From NCBI RefSeq assembly GCF_001194135.2, contig NC_068994.1, forward strand, positions 58,387,678 through 58,435,624: 47,947 nucleotides of DNA. Direction: 5' to 3'. The DNA is from Octopus bimaculoides. Lineage: Eukaryota. Below are positions 1-12,450 of this stretch, piece by piece. How positions within the stretch are numbered: the stretch's first letter is position 1; the number at the start of each line of letters is the position of its first letter. The notes under the pieces were generated by a model. That model saw only the letters and a list, made by a program, of their open reading frames with translations, had not been told where the DNA came from and did not search any database. Both the position numbers and the translations under genes were made by a program.

Positions 1-57
<57 letters not shown>

Positions 58-895
58 AAAGAAGCATTCACACGTATACCTAGCCATGCATTCAAACACA
101 CATACAGACATGGACTCACAGACACTAGCACTAAAACACCTACGCGCACACAAACGTACGCACACGGACATACACACGTACCTATTCTGCCTTTGTGTGC
201 GTTTAAGGCTTCGCTCGCTCTCTCTCTCTCGCGCGCGCGCGAGTGCATAAACGTATGTACATCATTCCATTGCTAAACACGTATGTTTCCATTAATATTA
301 TTCACATCAATCAACTTTACAATTTTATACACACACATTCATAAATGTGTGTATATGTGTGTGCCTTTGCAGAGGTGGATATAAGTGTATTCATGTGTGT
401 GTGTGTGTGTGAGTGTGAGTGTGCGTGTGTGTGTGTGTGTATGTGTAGAATTGGATGTAAGTGTCTATCAGCGGGAGAGAATGAATTTAGAGATTTTATG
501 TAAATTAACTTTGTCAATAAATAAAAACTTTGTCAATACATAAAAAAAAGATTCTGATTATTGTATTGGGCGGTGAGTGTATATAACAAGACATTGCTAC
601 AGCTGAACGCTGCGGGACGGTTTCGTTTCTTCACTGAAGTGATTTTATGACAAGCATGCCTTTCTTCTTCTTATACTGGCCTATGTTCAGTCTATCTTTG
701 TTGTTTACGTTCTCAATGTTTGTAACTTATTTTCTAAGTAACTGTGTGACGTAGGATTGCTCAATCAGATCGGATCTGGAACAACAACAACAACAGCAGC
801 AGCAGCACTCGCATTTGGAGATACATTTTGCAGCGTTCACTTTGTTGCAAGAATTCCTCAAGGCATTAACCTTGTCACCAGTCAATTCACAGTGT

Positions 896-957
<62 letters not shown>

Positions 958-1144
958 GCATGAAGGGATATATCATCCGGGTGGATACCGCGGTGGCTCT
1001 CATTTATGTTCCAGATTACGGCTAACCGCATTGATTTAACGTCTATGACTACCATTAGTTATCACTCATGCTGTAAGTTCCTCTGATGGGTAATTCCGCG
1101 TTCGCTTCTCTTGACGGTAATACAATCTGAAGTGTATATTAGCA

Positions 1145-1486
1145 ATAATTATAACGATGTAGAATATGGAGACTTGTTCATCCTCAAAATTTATTTTACC
1201 TTATTTCACAATTTCAGACAGCATTTTTTTTATGGCTGTTACGACCTACACGTGTTTCTATTGCCAAAATACGGACAGTTACATATGAAACTGGGCATGA
1301 TTTTGCATGCAGATTCTACAGACCCTGAAGAAGTTGTACAGAAAGTCATGCGCGGTTGCATGTGTAACTGTCCGTACATTGTGCAATGGAATTACGGCAT
1401 AAAAATATGCCGTATGAAATTATAAGATAAGAGAAAATAAATTTTGAGGATGAACAAGTCTTCATATTATATATCGTTATAGTTAT
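1145..1486. mobile_element. Fold-back/palindromic MITE-like element with about 130-145-bp imperfect arms
   Basis: Left ataattataacgat...gacttgttcatcctcaaaattt...acggacagttacatatg mirrors right catgtgtaactgtccgt...aaattttgaggatgaacaagtc...atcgttatagttat. Confidence 0.75.
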
Positions 1487-1765
1487 GTGTATATATATAT
1501 ATATGTACGTACGTGCATACATAAATCCTTACTGCTCTTGCCATTAAATATTTTATTACCAGTAATTTTTAGGTCTTAAATATACGAAAGTAAGATCAAT
1601 AACTTCTGAAATTGGAAAGAAAAATCAATGGTGTTCAAAGTTAACCATTTTCACTAGCATAAATAAATAAATGAATGAATAAATAAATAAATACACACAT
1701 ACGTCTATATGTGTGTATTTATACATACATACTTACATACATATATATACATATATGTATGTATA

Positions 1766-1811
<46 letters not shown>

Positions 1812-2862
1812 TATACACACATGTATGTGTGTGTGCCTGTACGTATGTATGTATGCATACACACGCGCGCAGACATGTAAAAAAACAATATCACTACTAT
1901 TGTCTTGTCTTATTTTCTTTTTCATCGACTGTTGAACGGAAATTGCCTTAAGGAATCTGTCGTTGTGTAGGAATTATGAAAATATATCAAAAAAAAAAAA
2001 AAGAAAGAAAGAAAAGAAAAGAAAAGAAAAGAAAGAAATGTATAAAGCCACTTCATGCCATGAAATTCATTCACGTATCGACTGCAACAAAGAAGAAAAG
2101 AAAAGAACCCAGAGTTATAAATTATTGTTCTGTTTGAAAACGATCTCTGAGCCCGCCAAAAGACAAAACTTTTTTTAAAAAAGTGTTTTGCGTTTTAAAT
2201 TTAGAAAATCACGAAGTCCTGACAAGTGGAATAATAAAGTAAGAACGAAGAGAGAGTACCAAAGTTCGTTTCTGCTCTGTCTCTGAGTAACATTGTTGCA
2301 TATTATTTCTAAATTTCTTATGATTTTCATTGTTATTATTTTTATTATTGTTACTGTCATGAAATATTCTTTTACGTGTCGTAGGCGAAGTCTGTCGATG
2401 TGTGAGGAGTATTTAAATGGTTCGGGGCGTCGTTTTAGAGTTTATACAGCGTCTGTCCACCTACTGAAGCGTGCGTATGTATGTGTGTACGTACGTACGC
2501 GCGTATGTATGTACGTATGTTTGGATGAATGTATGTGTGTACCGTGTAAGAACGTACCATGTATGCATGGATCTAGGTTATTATTCGTTTTTATTTCTAA
2601 ATTTCTGGCCAATGATCAAAGCAGTTGGTTTCCTTCATCGGAATTTCATTATCAACAGGCTATTTGCATGTTTGCATGTGTGTGTGCAGTGTCTGAATTC
2701 AGGGAATGTTCAGATATGCATTTTTTCGTTTGGTGTATGGTTACTCACACTTATAGTTTCGTGACCAGACATGTGCATTTGTACTTATATGCTAGACTTT
2801 TCGAAAGTTTTACATATCTAGATAGTTTCATTGATGGCTTGTATTAATTATCGTTTAATTAG

Positions 2863-3129
2863 CTATTCTGCTTCTGGTTCTGAGAACCCTAATTTCTCAA
2901 GATTGATACTGAGACAGTTTGTTACAAAACCCAGTGCTCCAATAACAACGGGTATAAATCTAAACTTGTAGTCCGAGTGACTTCGTTGCACATTACTCAA
3001 CAGTGTTTTCTTTTCCACACAGATCTTTAGCTTTATGCTGACATCTGCCAAGCAGCAATTGGTTTCCACTACTGTTCGTAGTTTCTCTTCTCCGTCCCAA
3101 ATCATTATATCTGCTCTGTCATATTAGCA
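2863..3129 (-). mobile_element. 3' fragment of an RLE-type (R2/R4/NeSL-like) non-LTR retrotransposon
   Basis: DRADIMIWD..VVE..C.ADV...K...YKFRFIPVVIGALG resembles the RPD..D..E..K restriction-like endonuclease tail. Confidence 0.7.
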
Positions 3130-3131
3130 TA

Positions 3132-3472
3132 CGTGTTTTGGCAGTTCGTAGGTAGATTGCGACTGTAGGCGTAAGAGAATATTTTCTCATCAATTCGCCT
3201 GGTGTTAAAACACTTGGAAGTAATAGACAAGCGAGATAACTCGCATTAGATCCCGTTACAGGAGTGATAGACGTTAATGTTTCGTCATCTTTATGACTTG
3301 TCAATATCGTGTATCAGAAACGAGGCCAGGCGCCAGCTAAATTGCTTGGTATGAACCGTTGGGACATACCAGCAGATGGCGCTTACACCGTTTCGCATAT
3401 AGTCACAGAATTCGTGAGAATATATTCTCTTACGACTACAATCGCAGCCGGCCCACGAACTAACAAAATACA
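3132..3472. mobile_element. MITE with about 60-bp imperfect TIRs and TA target duplication
   Basis: 3132-3195 is the reverse complement of about 3408-3472; TA at 3130-3131 and 3473-3474. Confidence 0.75.
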
Positions 3473-3525
3473 TACCTTGTGCATGTGTATTCGAAATTGT
3501 AAACACACACACACACACACACGTA

Positions 3526-3561
<36 letters not shown>

Positions 3562-4157
3562 ACGTTAAAGGAACGAATCTGTAAAGATCTTTTGGACGTT
3601 CACTAATGAGAAATTAGCCACAAATTTTCTGTTTGCTGTTTTTGTAAAAATTTCCATTTGTTCTTTTTTTGTTAAATTTTTGAAATATATATATATATAT
3701 ATTTGTATGTATGTATGTATGTATGTATGTTTATATGTATGTATGTCTGTATGTATGTGTGTGTGTGTGTATGTATGTGTGTGTGTGTATGTATGTAAGT
3801 ATGTATGTATTATGTATGTGTGTGTGTGTGTACAGACACATGCGTATGTATGATAATTATGTGTGTGCGAATGTTTTCAATTTGTTTTGCAAAATTCTTG
3901 ATGTCAAAGCGTATATTGAAACAACGATTAATACAATTTGGAAGAGGCATTCTTTAATGATTATAGTTTAATTCTGTTGATTTAATTAATTAACCACTTA
4001 ATTAATGATTCGTCACGCAACTTTGGCCTCCTTAATTATCTGGAGAAACATTGAAAAACTAATCAATATTTAAATTATTGACTAATTAAAAAGCTAAATG
4101 AACACTGTTTACTTTTATTACTGGTAGACTCTCAGAAAGTAGAATATTGTATAATAT

Positions 4158-4192
<35 letters not shown>

Positions 4193-4195
4193 CAT

Positions 4196-4238
<43 letters not shown>

Positions 4239-4241
4239 CAT

Positions 4242-4284
<43 letters not shown>

Positions 4285-4869
4285 NNNNNNNNNNNNNNNN
4301 NNNNNNNNNNNNNNNNNNNNNNNNNNNNNNNNNNNNNNNNNNNNNNNNNNNNNNNNNNNNNNNNNNNNNNNNNNNNNNNNNNNNNNNNNNNNNNNNNNNN
4401 NNNNNNNNNNNNNNNNNNNNNNNNNNNNNNNNNNNNNNNNNNNNNNNNNNNNNNNNNNNNNNNNNNNNNNNNNNNNNNNNNNNNNNNNNNNNNNNNNNNN
4501 NNNNNNNNNNNNNNNNNNNNNNNNNNNNNNNNNNNNNNNNNNNNNNNNNNNNNNNNNNNNNNNNNNNNNNNNNNNNNNNNNNNNNNNNNNNNNNNNNNNN
4601 NNNNNNNNNNNNNNNNNNNNNNNNNNNNNNNNNNNNNNNNNNNNNNNNNNNNNNNNNNNNNNNNNNNNNNNNNNNNNNNNNNNNNNNNNNNNNNNNNNNN
4701 NNNNNNNNNNNNNNNNNNNNNNNNNNNNNNNNNNNNNNTATATATATATAATATAGGTGGCTAATTCGAGATTTTACAACGTAAAGGCAGAAATATATAT
4801 GTGACGTATATGTATTGTTGTAGTGGAAATGGTAAACCCTTCCCAAGGGAGAAGTGGTATGAACCAGCC

Positions 4870-4909
<40 letters not shown>

Positions 4910-5329
4910 CACGCGCGCACACATGAACGCATACACTACACTGCTGAGAATTGATAAATGGCGTTAATAAATGTATGAGACAGAAAGCTTCGTGTGTCAT
5001 AAACGTTGGTTTAGCGACTTCATCACACACACACACATACATGCATTCGTCACTCCTACTCATATACACATACACCCACGCCTATACTGTGACACAAATA
5101 CTGCCACCCACGTGTTCTACAACAACAACAACAACAATATCTACAGAATTCTGTTACTGCAAGAATGAGTTTTAGCGTATTGTCATTAAAAAATGTTCCG
5201 TGAGAATGTCTGGCAGCAGAGGTTGTCTCGTTTGTCACATTTACACACATTTGCCCAGGACCAGTCAACTGGAAAAGGGTCTTGTAGTGAAGTAGCCACA
5301 TACCTCGATATAGGCATACACACACACAC

Positions 5330-5513
5330 ACACACTCACACACGCGCTGAATATTTTTGGTTTTTTTTACTATATATATGTGTATGTGTTTTCATACATA
5401 CATACATAGATATATTTACACACACACACACATACATACATAAACATATTTACACACATACACACACACATATATATACACACACATACACACATATAGC
5501 CATGCATATTTTT

Positions 5514-5549
<36 letters not shown>

Positions 5550-5590
5550 TGACATGTACATACGTATATGTGCGTGTTTGNNNNNNNNNN

Positions 5591-5624
<34 letters not shown>

Positions 5625-5940
5625 TGACATGTACATACGTATATGTGCGTGTTTGTGTGTATATGTATATATGTATGTTATGTATGTATATGTTCATTCA
5701 TATATGTATGTACGTATGTATGTATGTGTGTATGTATGTATGTGTGTATGTATTAATATTATCCCACAAACAAGGTGATGGGAACACACACGCAGCAGTG
5801 CGGTGCAGAATAACTTCACTCATACAAAACACACACACATACATACAAGCATGCATGCATGTATGCATACACACACATACATACATACATGCATACACAC
5901 ACATGCATACATACACACACATGCATGCATGCATACATAT

Positions 5941-5971
<31 letters not shown>

Positions 5972-6005
5972 TACATGCATGCATACAGACACAGTCACAC
6001 ACACA
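5330..6005. repeat. Compound CA/TA/CATA microsatellite field
   Basis: Direct reading; similar fields at 1700-1870, 3500-3850, 4150-4285, 33270-33480, 39270-39800 and 41420-42000. Confidence 0.95.
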
Positions 6006-6239
6006 CACCCAGAAGTGAGTTGATAACATCCGCCACCATCAGATGTGGCTGAAATATGGTGATTATTAAACTGTGACAGTAACGCTGGTGGTGGTGAAGG
6101 TGGTGGTCGTGGCAGTAGTGGAGGCGGTGGTGGTAGCGGTGGGGATGAAGGTTGTAATAATAATACCTTTTTAAATAAACCATTTGATTAATGCAACGTG
6201 GACTGGTTGCTGCGACAACAACTACTCTACTCTTGCTAA

Positions 6240-6510
6240 TAATAATAAATGGTTTCCAATTTTGGCACAGGGGCAGTAGTTTTGGAGGAGGGGGAGATGA
6301 ATCGATTACATGGACTCCAGTGCCTCACTGGTACTTAATTTATCGACCCCGAAAGGATGAAAGGCAAAGTCGACCAGTAATTTTCAGAGGAGAGGTCAGT
6401 TGAAACCACTGGCCCCAGTACATGACCGGCAATTTATCGTATCGACACCGAGAGGATGGAAAGCAAAGTCGACCTTGGCGGGATTTGAACTCAGAACGTT
6501 CAGATCCTGG
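6240..6510 (-). mobile_element. Two adjacent partial SINE family A copies
   Basis: gaaaggatgaaaggcaaagtcgacc at about 6350 and gatggaaagcaaagtcgacc at about 6455. Confidence 0.75.
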
Positions 6511-6759
6511 TGTAAACATGTATAAACAATATAACAATAACAACATGAAAATTCTACCATTGAGAGAAACGCTACCTAAAGTAATCTACAGAGCCCCACA
6601 TATCCCCAGTCACCCTGCTCACCAAAAGTATCATGGCAATGGCTCCTGTGCCATCCATACGTTTCAGCCTGCAGACACGTGCTTAGAGTAGGTCTGTTCA
6701 CTAGAAGGCAACACGTCCCTCTCTACCCTCAACTTCCCTTTCAATAATAATCAATATCA

Positions 6760-7035
6760 TCATTTAACATGTTTTCCATGCTTGCATGGATCGGATGGTT
6801 TCACCGAAAACTGGTGAGCTGCACCAGGTTCCAGTCTGGTTTGGTATGGTTTCTACAGCTGGATGCCCTTCCTAATGGCAACCACTCCAAGAGTGTAGTG
6901 GGTGCTTTTTATATGCCAGTTACGAAACACCAGCATCAGCCACGACTACAATCTCACTTGGCTTCACAGGTCTTCTCAAACACGGTGTATTGCCAAAGGT
7001 CTCTCGCAAAGTATTTCATCTGACGCAACTTGCCA
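6760..7035 (-). mobile_element. Repeat family C copy
   Basis: catttaacatgttttccatgc...ggatgcccttcctaatggcaaccactcc; further copies at 7640-7730, 10355-10467, 10865-11100, 16280-16440, 17690-17830 and 40396-40470. Confidence 0.75.
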
Positions 7036-7094
7036 TAATGATAAGGAGAAGAAGAAAAAGAAAATAACAACAACAAAAATAATTTCCTCATAAT

Positions 7095-7100
7095 TTTAAT
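7095..7100 (-). terminator. Candidate SMU1 polyadenylation signal (ATTAAA)
   Basis: ATTAAA about 57 nt past the stop on the minus strand, followed by a U/GU-rich tract (ttatttttgttgttgtt). Confidence 0.4.
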
Positions 7101-7156
7101 AAAAAAAAGAAATGAAAAACTAAAATGAAGAATGTAAAAATGAATGTGGGACTGTT

Positions 7157-7282
<126 letters not shown>

Positions 7283-8424
7283 CTAGTTTTGGTAACAGTG
7301 TTGTCATGTCGAGGAATGACCACAAACACAGCCACCATCATGTGTGTGTGTGTGTGTGTGTGTGTGCGCATGAGTCTAACATATACACATAAATACACAC
7401 ACACATATATGTAAATACATATATATATGTAAATACACATACATATGTATACATAAATACATACACATACACACACACAGACAGGCTTTTTAGATTCCAC
7501 TGAAGGATTTGGTTGGCCCAGGTATAGGTCATCTTGTCAAATTGTCACACAGTGGGGCCAAAACAACATGGCTCAGAAGTGAAGTACTTAACCACACATC
7601 CATGTCTGTATTGTTGTCCATAATATACACTCAGTCATCATCATCATTATCATCATTTAACGTCTGTTTTCGATGCTGGCATGGGTTGGATGGTTTGATA
7701 GGAGCTGGCATGCTGGAGAGCTTTCCATAAATATCATAGAAATAATTGTGAGAAAAATCTCTAGCTTGTGCTAATGTATGAACTAACACACACACACACA
7801 CACACACATGCATACCTTCTGAAATGAAATAAAAACAGAAAATCTTCTTCAAATATGCAATGACGCTCATGAAATAATCTTTTAACAAATGGTGTGGAAC
7901 TGGATTCCATAATGCTATCTAACACTTACATCTTGTTTATTTAATGTGTGTGTGTGTAGATATGTGTATGTATGTATGTATGTATGTATCTGTGTATATA
8001 TCTTTAGATACTCACACACACACACACACATATATATACACACACAAGTGTGTGCACATGTATAGATGCATATGAGAAAATACACAAATATACAATTATA
8101 TAAATATGCACACACATAAAAAGCAGTGTTCACACACACACATCAATCACTAACACATTATATAGTACACGTGTGTGTGTATGTGTGGATATATACATGT
8201 GTGTTTTAGTAAGAGCCAGCCTATCTTGTTCTCTTCAATCGCACTCCACCTGTCAGCCATCCATTGTTAATACAAGCGTGATTAATATATTACACACATT
8301 TGGTGCAATACTTGGCCTTCCTCCACACACCACCACCCAATGTCAGCAGATCTATTATCTGGAAAAGCTGGTGTTTGTGCTGTATGGGTGTTGTGCAAAG
8401 GGGAAATCAACCCCCGTCCCTTAC

Positions 8425-8577
8425 CGTCAAGGTTCTCTCCAGTTTGCCAGTGGTGATACTGAAACAGTACAACACTCGGTCCTCTCCCACGCAGTAGATC
8501 CATTCTCCACGAGGTGACAAGGTACAACACACAAAATCTCCACCCTCTCGTTTACCACTTGAGAAACTACGAACAAT
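8425..8577 (-). CDS. SMU1: SMU1 coding exon 12 ([18 protein letters not shown]...GKLERTLT)
   Basis: 51 codons, tttcag/gtaagg boundaries. Confidence 0.97.
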
Positions 8578-8744
8578 CTGAAATTAGAAAATAGCCATAC
8601 ATAACATGTTTTGCATATATATATATATGTGTGTGTGTGTATTTACAGATGTATGTGGGTGTATGTATGCATGTATATGTACATAATCTATATATATTGT
8701 CCAATTCCTATACACATATATATTTGTGGAATATTAAAAGCACA

Positions 8745-9090
8745 TCCAAGCGTGATCATTGCGAGGGCCACGGATTGGCACCCATGCCGGTGGCACATAA
8801 AAAGCACCATTCAAGCATGATCATTGCCAGTGTTGCCTTACTGGCACATGTGCGTGGTCATTGCCAGTGCCACCGGACTGGCTCCTATGCAGGTAGCATG
8901 TAAAAAACACCTTTTGAGTGTGGTCATTGCCAGAATCGCCTGACTGGCCCTCATTCTGGTGGCACGTAAAAGCACCCACTACACTCTCGGAGTGATTGAC
9001 GTTAGGAAGGGCATCCTGCTGTAGAAACTCTGCCAGATCAGATTGGAGCCTGGTGCAACCATCTGGATGACCAGTCCTCATTCAAACACT
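8745..9090 (+). mobile_element. Repeat family C with an internal tandem array (SMU1 intron 11)
   Basis: Repeated gtg[a/g]tcattgccag...tggcacgtaaaa(a)gcacc modules followed by gttaggaagggcatcc.gctgtagaaac core. Confidence 0.75.
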
Positions 9091-9203
9091 CAGTTCCTAG
9101 CTACACACAAAAGAGAAAACATGTTAGAAAGACAGGTCAGTGGACGTAGTGAATGACAGAGAAAAATAGAGAGGTGAGTGATTGAGTGATAAACAAGACT
9201 TAC

Positions 9204-9396
9204 CTGTCCAGACATATTCATGATGGCCACTGTATTGGATCTGTTACACACAACAAACTGCTCCATGTTACGTAACAACGGGTGCACACTGTGGACTGTT
9301 ATGTCGGTCCCAGTGGAACCACCCAGGGACTTGAATGTATTCTGACATTCCGTGCTTTTGACATTCCAGATCTTTATGGTTCCATCAGAGCTGGCA
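9204..9396 (-). CDS. SMU1: SMU1 coding exon 11 ([24 protein letters not shown]...MNMSGQ)
   Basis: 193 nt, tacag/gtaagt boundaries. Confidence 0.97.
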
Positions 9397-9640
9397 CTGT
9401 AACAACAACAACAACAATAATAATTCTTCCTACTATAAGTACAAGGGGGGGGCAGTGCTTGAGTGGTACTTATTTTATCAACCCAGACAGGATGAAAGGG
9501 TCGATTCTTGCTTCCATTAACACAACCAGAAACCCTGTCATCCTTTACAGGATTAAAAAAAACTGGCATAACAATGTTTGTATTTAAAAATATATGGGGG
9601 CAAACAAACAGCAGTAAACAGGGTTTAGGGTTCAAATCAC

Positions 9641-9742
9641 CTGATGACATGGTATCCATCCTGGGTAAATACAGCATCATTAACAAATGACAGATGGCCA
9701 CGGAATTCTTTGAGAGTTTTACCAGATTTTAAACCATGAATT
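9641..9742 (-). CDS. SMU1: SMU1 coding exon 10 ([34 protein letters not shown]+AG)
   Basis: 102 nt, ttttcag/gtgatt boundaries, phase 2 at both ends. Confidence 0.96.
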
Positions 9743-9797
9743 CTGAAAATATAAAGCACACACATAAATATCTCTCACTCATATATATATATATATC

Positions 9798-9833
<36 letters not shown>

Positions 9834-10197
9834 CGAATGCATAACATGCACATGTGTATAGAAACCTGTTTTCCTACTAACAGGGAATAAAAAAATTATG
9901 ATAGCATGAAATTATAAATTATAACATTATCACTAACTATTTAGTCATAATCAACAGAAGCGAAACTGGTCGACTTTGTAAATATCTTATCTCATATATT
10001 TCTTCTGAGTGCACTAAATGATATTACTTTGGCAATTGTATAATGTGCAATATTAATAAGCTTCAGAATAAAGCATTTAGTCAAGTACAGAGCATAATAA
10101 AAGATTATATAAATGACGAGAGAACAAGAAAATATATAATGGACTTCATTAACTTACAGCTGTTTCTACTACAATATGCAATGTACTTATAAGCTGA

Positions 10198-10280
10198 GTG
10201 CTTGTGATTCACCTTATAGCTTTGTCAGAGCTTTAAAAAATGTTTTAAAGCTCCAACAGAGCTATAAGGTGATAAAGCAC
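10198..10280. repeat. 83-nt hairpin in SMU1 intron 9
   Basis: 30-bp stem (10209-10238 with 10243-10272, 3 differences), 4-nt loop, outer gtgctt/aagcac helix. Confidence 0.8.
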
Positions 10281-10626
10281 TTGATGAACAGTGCTTTGCA
10301 TCTTATGGAAGAAACAGATGTAAGCTGATGAAGTTCTGTGCCATTGTCATTTATATCTGCCAAATCAGATTGGAACCTGGTGTAGCCACCTGGTCCACCA
10401 GTCCTCAGTCAAATTGTCCAACCCATGCTAGCATGGAAAGCGGACATTAAACGACGATGATGATGATCTCTCATATATATATATGTGTGTGTATATATGG
10501 AAATACAGACACACACACACACATGATGGTGAGGGATATTTTCAAAAGAGACGTGATGAGAGGATAGTCATGCCTTTCCATAAACCAATACCAAAATATA
10601 CAACAGTGTTCAGAAAGCAGACTCAC

Positions 10627-10754
10627 CTGATACTTTGGTCAAAAGAGGCACTCAACAGCTGGCTGTTGTCCCGAGAAAAGGTCACACATGTTACACCTTT
10701 GGTGTGAGCCCTCTCAAATTTACGCAGGCACTGACCTGTTAAGATTTTCCAAAC
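10627..10754 (-). CDS. SMU1: SMU1 coding exon 9 ([23 protein letters not shown]...SASFDQSI+AG)
   Basis: 128 nt, gacag/gtgagt boundaries, ends in phase 2. Confidence 0.97.
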
Positions 10755-11137
10755 CTGTCAAAATTGAAATGAAATACAATGGAAGTGTAAAATAATAATA
10801 ATAATAATAATCCCATCTACAACAGGCACAAATTTCACTGGTACTCAATTTATCGACTGCACCAGACTTCTGTGTCTGTTTTGGCATAGTTTTTATGGCT
10901 GGATGCTCTTCCTGACACCAACCACACCGCAGAGTGGGCTGAGTGCTTTTTACATGGCATCAGCACAATTGAGGTCAGTTTTGGCAAGGTTTTTACAGCT
11001 ACATGCCCTTCCAAATGCCAACCGCTTTACAGTATGGACTGAGTGCTTTTTAAGTGACAGCAGCACTGGCGGGGTCATCAAGTATCTTGCAAGACAAGGA
11101 ATCTTTGAGAGGGGAGGGGGACATTGGAGGAGGGGAT

Positions 11138-11290
11138 CTTCCTTGGTCTCCCTCTCCCACAAGTACCATCCACATTCAGTGACAACCAATTCTTTATACA
11201 CCTGTCTTCGTTCATATGCATCACATGTCCAAACCAATGTAGGATACTCCCCTGCATTTGATTCTTCTCACCCAACTTTTCTCAACTAAA
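11138..11290 (-). mobile_element. RTE-clade LINE ORF C-terminal fragment (SMU1 intron 8)
   Basis: LHWFGHVMHMNEDRCIKNWLSLNVDGTCGRGRPRK matches the RTE LRWFGHV.RM...GRPRK motif. Confidence 0.8.
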
Positions 11291-11525
11291 ATTATAAATT
11301 TAGCAATGAGGAAAACTATTTTTCTAAACTACCAATTCCTGTGAAAAAAGACAGGGGAGACAATTCTGTATATAATGGACAATGTCACCAAAAACTTTGG
11401 ATTTATTCATTGATCAATAGTTATGTTTTCTGCTGAAATATACAATAAAACCCTAACAGTGAATTTGAACTCAAGGCTTCTAAGTTGGTAGGGGAGTACA
11501 TCATCAACTTAGTCCCTTCACTTCA

Positions 11526-11741
<216 letters not shown>

Positions 11742-11893
11742 TTAAACTTGCATCATTTGGTGTAAAGAGATACATGAATATTATCGACACAAATAATGTC
11801 AGTCATTTTTGACGGATTGACAGAGGGAGATATTATCAATAATGATTTGCTGTCACAGAAATCATCAATAGACGTCCAATACAAGACTCTTAC

Positions 11894-12034
11894 CTGGGCT
11901 TGATATCGCAAATCTTTCCTGATTTTGCCAGTTGAGAAATTCCAGACTTCAATAAAGCCATCAACAGAACCGGTTACAAGGAACTGACCATCTGGGGAGA
12001 ATCGACCACATTCCACATGGGCTTTTTGACCAAA
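11894..12034 (-). CDS. SMU1: SMU1 coding exon 7 ([33 protein letters not shown]...YQAQ; WD40)
   Basis: 47 codons, tacag/gtaaga boundaries. Confidence 0.97.
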
Positions 12035-12242
12035 CTGTAAATGAGAGAAACAGATTTATAGATTTTAACAAGTACGACTGTTTTGTTGGTTTTTGTTATC
12101 TTTTATCTTTCATTTGTTTCAATCATTTGTTTCAATCATTAGTCTTTTGTCCTTCTGTACTTGAGAAAATAAAGTACTTGAGAAAATAAAATGCTGGCCT
12201 TGTACCAGAATTAGAAATAATTATCACTATTATTATCATTAA

Positions 12243-12450
12243 GGTGGTGAGCTGGCAGACTCATTAGCACACCAGGCTAAATGCTTAGCAGTATTTCACC
12301 TGTCGCTACGTTCTCAGTTCAAATTCCGCCAAGGTCAACTTTGCCTTTCGGGCTCGATAAATTAAGTTCCAGTTGAGTACTGGGGTCAATGTAATCAACT
12401 ATCCCCCTCCTGGGGGAGGGGGATAGTTGAAAGGATTATCATTATTATTA
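12243..12450 (+). mobile_element. SINE family A copy (SMU1 intron 6)
   Basis: ggtggtgagctggcagactcattagcac...gttcaaattccgcc...ctggggtcaatgtaatc; (ATT)n tail. Confidence 0.8.

Noticed and set aside
755-891. Poly-Q exon-like frame (DCSIRSDLEQQQQQQQQHSHLE...)
   Set aside because: Poly-Q derives from an (AAC)/(AGC) microsatellite; weak acceptor, no good donor, no recognisable homology
3240-3290. Cadherin-like LDPVTGVI peptide on the plus strand
   Set aside because: Flanked by stops, lacks other cadherin motifs, and lies inside a MITE
5510-5660. Direct duplication of about 65 bp on either side of the 10-N gap
   Set aside because: Typical unmerged contig overlap, not biological
4-6050. Many ORFs rich in CV/YI/HT/MYV in the ORF track (also throughout the window)
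   Set aside because: Translations of (CA)n, (TA)n and (CATA)n microsatellites
6590-6680. 46-nt minus-strand micro-exon candidate (cag...TTTG|GTGAGC) downstream of SMU1
   Set aside because: SMU1 is already complete at 7157; no supporting homology, and chance splice motifs are expected
8745-8965. CRISPR-like repeat array (also the 19231 minisatellite)
   Set aside because: Eukaryotic intron context, no unique spacers, no cas genes
12110-12192. Short tandem duplications (tcatttgtttcaa x2; gtacttgagaaaataaa x2)
   Set aside because: Local slippage within a decayed SINE tail
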